A DNA stretch of 63,625 nt, filler included, from Trichomonas gallinae (Eukaryota), in NCBI GenBank assembly GCA_008369845.1. It is 5 parts of 5 records of this genome, joined end to end, with 100 filler letters (N's around TTAATTAATTAA, not from the genome) between each part and the next. Parts side by side here need not be neighbours in the genome. Positions count along the whole stretch, not along the records: positions 40,602 to 58,029 come from MRSU01000480.1; positions 58,130 to 60,116 come from MRSU01000511.1; positions 60,217 to 63,625 come from MRSU01000522.1; 2 more parts are not named here. One strand, written 5' to 3'. The position numbers and the translations under genes were made by a program. The notes under the pieces are model-generated. The model did not search any database. It worked only from the letters and a program-made list of their open reading frames with translations, and had not been told where the DNA came from. Positions 54,570-63,625 of this stretch are shown one piece after another. Numbering within the stretch: position 1 is the stretch's first letter; each line of letters opens with the position of its first letter.

Positions 54570-57563
54570 ATGACTGAGGAAGTCGACACTAATTTATATA
54601 GCAGACAGATTTACGCCTTGGGGCTTGAAGCCATGAAGCGAATGAACCACGCCAAAGTCCTTGTTTCAGGAATGGGTGGCCTTGGCGTTGAAATCGCGAA
54701 GAATATCACTTTAATGGGTGTAAAACATGTGACTATTCACGATACAAAGGCCACAGTTCTATCAGACCTCGCCTCGCAGTTCTATCTCACGGAGAGTGAC
54801 ATCGGAAAGAACAGAGCTGAAGCATGCTTCAATAAAATTCAAGAATTAAATCAGCACGTCACTGTTAATTTCGCTACATGCGAGCTTACAACAGAGTATT
54901 TGCGTGATTTCAACACTGTTGTTATCACAGACTTTTTACCAATGAAGAGAATCCTCGAACTTTCCGATATTTGCCACGCCAATGGAATCAAATTCATACT
55001 TACACAAGTTTCTGGCTTGTTTGGCCACGTTTTCAACGATTTTGGCGAAAAATTCTTCATCTCAGAGCCAACTGACCGTCAACCAACAAAATTCATGATC
55101 TCAAATGTTACAAACGATGAGGAGGGTGTCGTTACTACATTCGATTACACACGTCACGGCTTGTCCTCAGGAGCAACTGTAACATTCGAAGAAGTTGAAG
55201 GCATGACAGAGTTAAACGGCAAAAAATTCGAAGTTAAGTACCTCCCTAAGGCTAGTCCATACAGTTTCAAGATTGGAGACACGTCTAAATTCGGAAAATA
55301 CGATAATTCCAATAGATCCTTTGGTTACTGCCTCGAAGTTATTCCACCAGTCGTATTAGACTTCAAGTCTCTCCGCCAATCTTTGGCCGATCCACAAATT
55401 ATCGACACAGATTATTTCGATTATGATAATAACAAAGGAATCATCGCTCTCTTCTTCGCATACGCAAGATGGCTTGATGACCATCCAGATGGTGCTATTG
55501 ATATCGAAAAATTCGTCGAATGCGCTAATAATCTTTTGAAAGAATTCAAAATCTGCGAAACAATCAATGTTGACCTTGCTCGCCTATTCGCTAAGCAAGC
55601 TGGGATCGTCATTAGCCCAATGTGCGCCATTTTTGGTGGCATTGTTGGTCAAGAAGTTCTTAAATCAGTTTCAGCCAAATTCACACCGATTCAATCTCAT
55701 TTAACACTTTCATACATACAGAGTGCTCCAGAAAATGTCGCTTACGAACCAAAGGGCGACAGATTCGACGGCTACAGGAAGATTTTCGGAAATAATCTAC
55801 AAGACAAGATGATGAACCTTAAATACTTCATGATTGGTGCCGGAGCCATTGGATGCGAAGTCCTCAAGAACTTAGCAATGATGGGATGCTTCACAGGACC
55901 AAATGGTTTATTAACAATCACAGATATGGACAATATCGAACGCTCGAACCTCAGCCGCCAATTCCTGTTCAGAGATACAGATATAGGCAAGCAGAAATCA
56001 ATCACAGCTGCAGAAGCCGTCAAGAAAATGTGTCCAGGCATGAAAATCACTGCGCAATCCAACAAACTCGCCGAAGAAACACGCAATATTTACAACGATG
56101 ACTTCTACAACAGCCTCGATGGCGTTTGCAACGCTTTAGATAACGTTCCAACTCGTGAATTCTCAGATACTCTCTGCGTTTACTACGAAAAGCCTCTCTT
56201 AGAGTCAGGAACAACAGGCACACGCTGCAACTTCCAGCCAATTGTTCCACATCTCACTAAATCATATACAGATACAGTAGATCCGGAAAATGAAGACGCA
56301 ATCCCACAATGCACATTGCACAACTTCCCATCAGAGATAAACCACTGCATTGAGTGGGCCAGAGACAAGTTTGGCGGCTTAATTGAAAATACTCCAAATA
56401 TGCTCAATAAATTCATGGAAGATAAGGACAAATTCATCAGTGACTACAAGAAGAAGGGCGAGGAAACTCTTTTGGATACATTAACGAAGATTATCAGAGT
56501 ATTCAAGAAACAGCCAAAGAATTTCAAGGATTGCTTGATGTTTGCCCGCAGGAAATACGAGAGATTCTTTGTGTGGATGATCAACGACATTCTCAAAGAA
56601 TATCCAGTTGATTCCAAAGATGATGAAGGAAACTTGTTCTGGAGAGGCTCAAAGCGTGCGCCATCTCCAATCCCATTCTCCCACGATAACGAAGACACGA
56701 AGTTGTTTGTTGTTTCTCTCGCGAAAATCTGGGCCAGAACATGGGGAATCAAAATCGATGAAGATATTGAGAAGAGTTTCCGCGAATTACCGCTTGAGAT
56801 AACAAAACGCAAGAAATGCTGCTTTGAAGGCCAGCTTCCTCTTGAAGATTCCATCAATCTTGCTAAGAGATATGGAAATCACGCAAAACTCAACGCAGAA
56901 AGCTTCGAGAAAGACGATGATTCTAACAGCCACATCGATTTCATCGCTGCTGCATCAAATCTCAGAGCAGCAAATTACAGGATCAAGACTACTTCTAGAT
57001 TGGAGATCAAACGCATCGCAGGAAAGATTATCCCAGCGCTTGCAACAACAACAGCGTTGATCTGCGGCTTCACTGCCCTTGAAATGTACAAACTCCATTC
57101 ATCGCCAGCCAAACAGTTCGATGACTACAGAGAAGCTTACATTAACATCGCCATCAACAACTATGCACTGGCAACACCTCAGAAGGCAGATGTCAAGAAA
57201 TTACCAAATGGAAAAGAATTCACCAAATGGGACAAATTCGAAATCAAAGACATGCTGGTCGGTGAATTCCTCGATTACGTTGAGAAAGAGTTCGGACAAA
57301 CAGTTATTATGGTTAAGGCGCTGAATTCTACTGTTTATGATAGACCAATCGTTAAGAAGATCAATCCTAAGCTCGCCAAGAAAGGTGTGGGTGCAAACAA
57401 CAACGCGCAGGTTGAAGAAGCTGAAAGGAGAAAAGGAATGAAGATTACAGATGCAGTCAAGCTCAGCACACCAATTCCTAGCGATTGCAGGTTGATAAAG
57501 GTCGAAGTTGTCTTAAAGGACATCAAAGCTGAGCTCAATCCAGTGTTCGCGATCAAACTTTAA
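54570..57563 (+). CDS. UBA1: Ubiquitin-activating enzyme E1 (Uba1-like)
   Basis: LYSRQIYALG, GAGAIGCE, DMDNIERSNLSRQFLFR, catalytic PQCTLHNFP, FEKDDDSNSHIDFI, AGKIIPALATTT. Confidence 0.95.
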   Translation: MTEEVDTNLYSRQIYALGLEAMKRMNHAKVLVSGMGGLGVEIAKNITLMGVKHVTIHDTKATVLSDLASQFYLTESDIGKNRAEACFNKIQELNQHVTVNFATCELTTEYLRDFNTVVITDFLPMKRILELSDICHANGIKFILTQVSGLFGHVFNDFGEKFFISEPTDRQPTKFMISNVTNDEEGVVTTFDYTRHGLSSGATVTFEEVEGMTELNGKKFEVKYLPKASPYSFKIGDTSKFGKYDNSNRSFGYCLEVIPPVVLDFKSLRQSLADPQIIDTDYFDYDNNKGIIALFFAYARWLDDHPDGAIDIEKFVECANNLLKEFKICETINVDLARLFAKQAGIVISPMCAIFGGIVGQEVLKSVSAKFTPIQSHLTLSYIQSAPENVAYEPKGDRFDGYRKIFGNNLQDKMMNLKYFMIGAGAIGCEVLKNLAMMGCFTGPNGLLTITDMDNIERSNLSRQFLFRDTDIGKQKSITAAEAVKKMCPGMKITAQSNKLAEETRNIYNDDFYNSLDGVCNALDNVPTREFSDTLCVYYEKPLLESGTTGTRCNFQPIVPHLTKSYTDTVDPENEDAIPQCTLHNFPSEINHCIEWARDKFGGLIENTPNMLNKFMEDKDKFISDYKKKGEETLLDTLTKIIRVFKKQPKNFKDCLMFARRKYERFFVWMINDILKEYPVDSKDDEGNLFWRGSKRAPSPIPFSHDNEDTKLFVVSLAKIWARTWGIKIDEDIEKSFRELPLEITKRKKCCFEGQLPLEDSINLAKRYGNHAKLNAESFEKDDDSNSHIDFIAAASNLRAANYRIKTTSRLEIKRIAGKIIPALATTTALICGFTALEMYKLHSSPAKQFDDYREAYINIAINNYALATPQKADVKKLPNGKEFTKWDKFEIKDMLVGEFLDYVEKEFGQTVIMVKALNSTVYDRPIVKKINPKLAKKGVGANNNAQVEEAERRKGMKITDAVKLSTPIPSDCRLIKVEVVLKDIKAELNPVFAIKL

Positions 57564-58029
57564 TTTCATATTCTAGTCATTGCCTTAAACTATATATTTT
57601 TTAATTTATTCTAAAGTATAAATATTTGTGCATAAGCTTCTGCCATTAAATATCTTGAAATCGATTTTACATGGCATAAATAGCTATTTACACGTCAAAA
57701 ATTACAAAGATTGCAGGACAATCACGAAATATAGTGATATTGACGAAAATTTTATGAATTTATAGGATTGACTGAATCTATTGGTATAATTCATGTTGTA
57801 TGAACATCCTTTTGTTATGTAAATTTATCAATTCAAATTTTTTTGTCATACAGTTTTTTTCCAAAATATGTCATGTAACCTTATCAATGTCATATATTAT
57901 TTTTATGCCAAGTAAAATTAATAATTGCGAAATAAATGCCACGTAAATAAAAAGGTGGGAAACTTCGGCTCTTACCGGGTTTCTTCTTGAAACTCATATG
58001 GTAGATCCAGCATGCCATGGTGAGAAAAT

Positions 58030-58129
58030 NNNNNNNNNNNNNNNNNNNNNNNNNNNNNNNNNNNNNNNNNNNNTTAATTAATTAANNNNNNNNNNNNNNN
58101 NNNNNNNNNNNNNNNNNNNNNNNNNNNNN
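58030..58129. other. Artificial scaffold linker/gap
   Basis: N-run, TTAATTAATTAA, N-run. Confidence 0.97.
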
Positions 58130-58524
58130 TTCCTGTGTCTGGGCAAACGATGATCATTCTCCGCTCAAGGTCTTCCTGCATCAATCTCAGTCTTGTGCTT
58201 TTCTGCTCATGTTTCCTGCAGATGCAGGATGTGGAACTGGTAAACTTTCTTCTGTTGCTCGTTGATGAAGATGTGAGACAAAATCTGGATGTTGTTCTTA
58301 ATCTCCTGGTCTTGACATTCCAATCCTGACATGTTAAGATCAGTTTGAACTTCGATACTCGATTTAACAGCATCCTCAGCTGGCCCACCACGGGCAGTCA
58401 TAGAAAACACATCGATTTCAAGTTGCGGGCTTCCTTTGTTCTGCGAAGACTGAATCTGCTTGAGCTCTATCTTCGCTTTGATGACTTGATCGACAATGGC
58501 AGAAAGCTGAAGAGATTTGTCCAT
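58130..58524 (-). CDS. 5' part of a hypothetical gene; may be frameshifted and truncated by the gap
   Basis: ORF 58524-58207 with TCATA upstream. An overlapping frame continues to the gap edge. Confidence 0.4.
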
Positions 58525-59023
58525 GCATTTTATGACTTACTCTCATACAAATTTCGGAAATTAATATTGTGTATTACGTAAATTCAATCAAGAAGTTGTT
58601 GATTTTGTTTTCCGTAACATTTTATCAATGATGTAAATTATCAAACAAAGCAGCATTAAAAAATGCTGCAGGAATATGCATAGTTATTTGTGAATCGAAA
58701 AGGTAATTGATTTCATTTGAGAGGATTTGTCTGTTTATAGAGATATTTGATTTCTATTACAATCATATTTCGTTGTGGTTTATTTTAGGAATAAAGTTTT
58801 GTTGAAATATTTCAAATCCATACCTAATGCGTCTAAAACATCTTAAATTAAAATAAACAATGAGTAAAACCTAAAATAATCTATATTCTTGTTCGTAGCA
58901 CTGATCATGCCAAATTATTTCAATATTTTTCTTTTCATTGATAAAAGTGTACATTAATGATTGGAAATAAGCTATTTTCATGCTATATTGTATAAATTTT
59001 TTGTTGCTTTTGTATAACTTTTA

Positions 59024-59758
59024 ATGATTGATCAGCAAATTCGACCAGGTATCCTGGCCAAAACGATCTTAAGCCGATCAGTTGCGAAAGTAACACCAGA
59101 AAGAGCTATACAAGCTATGAAAGGCTATTTTAATCTTTATAGACAACATTTTTCAGAGAGAATTCCAATCAACATAGCGGAAGAGATCTGTCTGATTACA
59201 GCAATTGCTGAAGCATATACAAGAGATGAAATTTATACCCTTTTTAATGTCGGTATAGTATTGTTTCCAGAAATTATGTTTATAAATAAATCAAAATTGC
59301 ATAAAGTCCTATGTGTATCACGTGTACGTTTAACGCGATCATTGATGCGTGGTCCTATCAAGGAATTTAAAGAATTACCTGCATCATTCGTAAATCGATT
59401 ATTTGAACTTGGCTTCATCGACTCTAAACGTTGGAAAGGATATTCATTTCAGGATTCTATGGAATTTTACCATTTAGTTGTACCTAGAGTCATGATATTT
59501 AATCCACTTCCTGAAGATCTCGGTGATATTCTTTCTAATTTCGAGCAAATTCGTATAAATAGTGATGATAAGTCTATGGAAGCGTCAAGTTCAGAATTTG
59601 AGCCATCAATCATTCCCCTGAAAGAAAAAACAATTGTTGATGAAATAATAGAGAAGCCAAATGAATCAACAGATGCCGCAGATGGAGATAAAAGTGAAGA
59701 AAATTCTGAAGAAGATAAAGATGAATTAGGAGAAGATATTTTCAATGATTTTCAATAA
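59024..59758 (+). CDS. Hypothetical protein, possibly a degenerate initiator-binding-domain (IBD)-like family member
   Basis: VGIVLFPEIMFINKSKLHKVLCVSRVRLTRSL resembles the trichomonad IBD-like GI.W....IN...L..L....S.IN..L pattern. Acidic tail. Confidence 0.55.
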   Translation: MIDQQIRPGILAKTILSRSVAKVTPERAIQAMKGYFNLYRQHFSERIPINIAEEICLITAIAEAYTRDEIYTLFNVGIVLFPEIMFINKSKLHKVLCVSRVRLTRSLMRGPIKEFKELPASFVNRLFELGFIDSKRWKGYSFQDSMEFYHLVVPRVMIFNPLPEDLGDILSNFEQIRINSDDKSMEASSSEFEPSIIPLKEKTIVDEIIEKPNESTDAADGDKSEENSEEDKDELGEDIFNDFQ

Positions 59759-60116
59759 TCTTCGAAAAATACAAAATTACACATATATAAGAATCATATA
59801 TGAACTACTATGCGATTCTATAACTCAACTTTGATTTTCTCAAAAATTATTAATTTGATATTCAAAATGATTGAAGGTTAACATAGTTTTAGATTGGAAA
59901 AGCTTATATATGATATATGATCGATATATTGAAGGCGAACAAAGCTTTTGGAGGAAAAAAAAACAAATTATTATTTGTTTAAATCCTTAGATATCTTAAG
60001 TGCATCATCTTCATCATGTCTATATAATACATGCAAAGTTTAAGGGGGTAGGTTTGAATAGTTTACATTTTTATACTTGTTTGCTTCCTAACGCCTCATA
60101 GTCGAGCATTAGCTAA

Positions 60117-60216
60117 NNNNNNNNNNNNNNNNNNNNNNNNNNNNNNNNNNNNNNNNNNNNTTAATTAATTAANNNNNNNNNNNNNNNNNNNNNNNNNNNN
60201 NNNNNNNNNNNNNNNN
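60117..60216. other. Artificial scaffold linker/gap
   Basis: N-run, TTAATTAATTAA, N-run. Confidence 0.97.
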
Positions 60217-61022
60217 TCAAGCTCCAGACCTGATAAACATTTTTCACCATTATCACCAACGAATTCCTCAACACCATAATGGTTTACAGCAAATCTGTGA
60301 GCCATCGGTGTTGTCAAAAACGTATATTTTTTACCATATTTTTGTAATTGACAGATATGATTTTGGTAAGGAGTTGGATTCTCTGGTGGATGCATTAATT
60401 CATAGTACAGAAATGTAAAACCTAATGCGTGAGTTATCTCATGCACAAGTGTATTAAATAGAAGATTCTTCTTGGAATCAAAATCAGAGACTTCGTCTGG
60501 AATTTCTCTGACATTGATGACGCATAATCCTGAAATGGGACGATTGAACTTGGGCTCAACTTCAGTATAAGTTGCTGCAGCAAGCATTGCGCAATCTGAT
60601 CCACATGAATTTATTGCTGCATGCAGAACAAAATCTGTGTTTCTGTAAACATGACCTGTTTTGGGACTTTTATAACCATCCTCAAGGGGAATTACTGATA
60701 ACAAGCTTCCCATGAATCTAACTACATTTTCCATCGTTCCCTTGACAACTCTAACATGATTTTCAGTCACAATATCTTTTTGCTGGCAAGTGTATTCAGC
60801 ATTATTCACAATATCGTGTATCGATTGTCCGACTTGTTTGCATGATGTTTCTGGGCTTGTAAGAGATGAATAATTTACAGCAAGTCTAAAATTTTTCCAT
60901 TCGTAAGAAGATTGTATTGATCTATTTGATACCTTATAGTAATGAACATTCATTCTCTGCTGTAGTTGTGAGTGCATGCATTTATAGTTTGCCCTGTGAA
61001 ATAGAATCCCAAAAGTAATCAT
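60217..61022 (-). CDS. GP63-like (leishmanolysin, M8) metalloprotease, N-terminal half; truncated by the gap
   Basis: Hydrophobic N-terminus, YKCMHSQLQ pro-motif, RPISG, zinc motif HEITHALGF, FLTTPMAHRFAVNHYG, SGLEL. Confidence 0.92.
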
Positions 61023-62322
61023 TGTTTGAAGCAGGTATTGCAAGTGATATGAACTTTTGATGTTAAGGCATTTTTAAAAAAATTAATCATTATTTATATA
61101 TAGACATTTCATTATTGATTTGAAACGATTTTGATATAATTCAATATGATATATTGATTCACCATTTCTGAAAAACATTGAATTTTAATTCTGGCTCAAA
61201 ACTTTATTGTGAATATAATATACAAGTAAGATGAGAGCTTAATAATCAAATAATACGGTGATATTTTAAAAATCTGGATGAAGAATTTTGTGAGATAAAA
61301 AAGCCAAATGCATCATGTTTCGGATTTTAATCTACGGGCAAATTAATGATATAAAAATTAATTTGATATGTGTTAATTCAATATTACAAAATTTTACATA
61401 AAATGAACTGATAAAAATATCACAACAATATATAATAAACACAAGTCTGTATTTATTAGTCAGCAGACTTACATAGTTGATAATCCACTGAATTTTATTT
61501 TCATAATCGATGTGGTTGATATTAATAATGATTTATGTGCCTATTCAACAATATATTATAAAATTAAAAAAATCCGTATATTCTGAATTTGGAAAAAATT
61601 TAGCATATTCACATAAATATAATTCAACATCCTTTATATTATGCAAAATAGGCATATGACCTATATATACGGTATTCCAAACATATCTGTCAAGTATTTT
61701 TGTTTTAATCATAATCACCAAGAAATAAAGTTCTGCATGTGGCAATCCTAGCATAATTTTCCTATTCTTTCATCTGGTTTAAGATACAACTCCGATAGCA
61801 TGAAGTTTTTGAAATTAATTTTTACCATCTATGTCATATATGAGTTTTATACAAATTTTAATGTTTGATGAAATTTCATCATCAATAAATCAAAAAAGAT
61901 GCCTAATAAAACAATTATAAATCATGTATTTTTTTGAATACCACTGATTAGAGAAATCAAAAAATTATAAAGATATGTCATTGTTTGACAATAATATTGT
62001 TTTTCATATGCAAAAAACGAAAAAAAAATATATATATTCTCAAAATCTTAATGATGATTAGTATTTAATGTGTCTTAGAATCCAATTTCAGCAAATCATT
62101 TTGATTGAACATAGGAAGATAGAAGAAAAAAGTTTTATATAATTTGATACGTAAAATGATACTTTACATATCAACTCAATCAAGAATAATACTAACCAAG
62201 AATGATTTAATTTTAATCACGACCGCAAAAATTACATAAAGATTATATTGTGAAGATTCAATTTTTTCTTTGGATAATTGAAATTGATGATCAAAAATAT
62301 CATAAACTATCATTTGAACTAG

Positions 62323-62661
62323 ATGTCGCGCACTTTCATCAAGTTTATTATCATTGATAAAGACACTGATGACAAGACAGTTATACACTGCGACAAAAAA
62401 GGATTCCCAATTATTCCAAAAGCTCACAGGAGAAACCACCATGAGATGCTTAAAGCAATGAAGAAGTATAATGAAGCACACAAAGCTATGCAAGATGATA
62501 AATCATTAAAGAATGAAAGTTCTCCTTCTAAACAAGTTATTGATGAACTCTTTGAAATCGAAAACGAATTATTTTATGAACTGAATTCTAGCTGGCTAAA
62601 TTACTTCAATATTGAAGATACATACATTTCTATTGACGTGAAACCATTACTTTCGAATTAA
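62323..62661 (+). CDS. Hypothetical 112-aa protein
   Basis: ATG-initiated ORF with coding-like composition; TCATT upstream. Confidence 0.45.
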   Translation: MSRTFIKFIIIDKDTDDKTVIHCDKKGFPIIPKAHRRNHHEMLKAMKKYNEAHKAMQDDKSLKNESSPSKQVIDELFEIENELFYELNSSWLNYFNIEDTYISIDVKPLLSN

Positions 62662-62733
62662 TACTCCTTTCCAAAATAAAAACTTTTTATTTAAATTAAA
62701 ACTATCAGTAATCTAATATATTTCTGATATTCA

Positions 62734-63624
62734 TCATGGTTCCTGAGGCTCCTCAATATCCGGAACAGTATAACCTGATTTCTTATGCATCACAAATACC
62801 ACAATTCCAACAACGATAGCAACTAACAATATTCCGCAAACAACGCCAACAGCTATATAAATTTTCTTCATTTTCTCTGCATCTCCTTCACCAAGGCCAT
62901 CTGGACTGAGTGTAGGTGTAACATTTTTGTCATTATTTCTTTCTTGTGTTTGGTGTGTTGTATTACCAGTTTCTGGTGTTTGAGGTGTAGTATCACCAGT
63001 TTCTGGCGTTTCTTTTTTATCATCATTATCAAGATGTCTCACATTAAGGATAAATGGATCTTTATGGAAATACATCTCATGGAGCTTAACTGTACGACAA
63101 AATCTTTCGGGATTAGGGCATGTGATATTGTAGGAATCGCTTTCTGCGTCTTTAAACTGTATTGATTTTCCAATTGTTGTTTTATTGCATGTTAATTTTC
63201 CATAGCTTGGAATATCTGCCGTGAAATTCTCGAATTCATTGCATGTATATTTAACACATTCCGAATAATTTCCGTTTAACACAGCTTCACCATCTTGGCA
63301 ATGAGAGTCAGGATATTTGAGAAAATTATAATCGAAGATTGGATCCCAAGCAACATATGGCAGACCTTTTGGATTGACAAATGGTAATATTTGGCAAAAT
63401 TCCTTTAAATCAGGATCTGCTGGGTTGTCGCATATTCGTGGATCAATCGGAGTTAAATCATCATCATTGACATAACTAGATCCTTTAAAATTAAATAATG
63501 CTTGATCGGTATTATCATCTGGGTCACCAATATAGCCTTGTGGGTATGTTGTTTGAGGTGGACCTATGGCAAAATCTTTAATAGGTTTGCCATCAATTGA
63601 TTCTGGATTGCCCCAGACTAATGG
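62734..63624 (-). CDS. GP63-like metalloprotease, C-terminal half with stalk and TM anchor; 5'-truncated by the window edge
   Basis: Frame is open to the window edge: PLVWGNPESIDGKPIKDFAIGPPQ...CVKYTC...CPNPERFCRT, then a TPETG repeat stalk and TM IYIAVGVVCGILLVAIVVGIVVFVM. Confidence 0.88.
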   Translation of the reverse strand, partial: PLVWGNPESIDGKPIKDFAIGPPQTTYPQGYIGDPDDNTDQALFNFKGSSYVNDDDLTPIDPRICDNPADPDLKEFCQILPFVNPKGLPYVAWDPIFDYNFLKYPDSHCQDGEAVLNGNYSECVKYTCNEFENFTADIPSYGKLTCNKTTIGKSIQFKDAESDSYNITCPNPERFCRTVKLHEMYFHKDPFILNVRHLDNDDKKETPETGDTTPQTPETGNTTHQTQERNNDKNVTPTLSPDGLGEGDAEKMKKIYIAVGVVCGILLVAIVVGIVVFVMHKKSGYTVPDIEEPQEP

Positions 63625-63625
63625 T

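Noticed and set aside
31742..60216. Four identical TTAATTAATTAA palindromes within N-runs
   Set aside because: Artificial six-frame-stop scaffold linkers. Real gap sizes must exceed 100 bp in places (the BRWD-like 5' part and the GP63 3' half are missing).

Overview
Gene-dense, AT-rich, apparently intron-free eukaryotic DNA from a trichomonad/parabasalid (Trichomonas-like). Support: GP63-like proteases, a low-MW thioredoxin reductase, a Tom36/Tom46-like tail-anchored protein, TCAY initiator-like motifs just before ATGs, and TAAA overlapping many stop codons. It holds about 38 coding regions: Rad17, DDB1-like, COG5, CDK, CC2D2A, MOK, CENP-C/Mif2-like, Rac, DHHC-type, TrxR, exportin-like, RPL23, UBA1, kinases and hypothetical proteins. 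Four artificial 100-bp N/TTAATTAATTAA linkers split it into five contigs, so adjacency across them is unproven. The most notable signals are: (1) a kinase C-lobe fragment enclosed by ~103-bp near-perfect inverted repeats (Pack-TIR-like capture or hairpin locus); (2) a CENP-C/Mif2-like protein with the N-terminal motif and cupin but no canonical CENP-C motif; (3) recurring homotypic motif arrays upstream of genes (TGWCAYGTAAA, AATTATTTAGGGTC/AGGGG, TGAATAGTTTACGT, GTCACTTT); (4) a bacterial-like DUF1349 gene. All family calls come from remembered motifs, not database searches.
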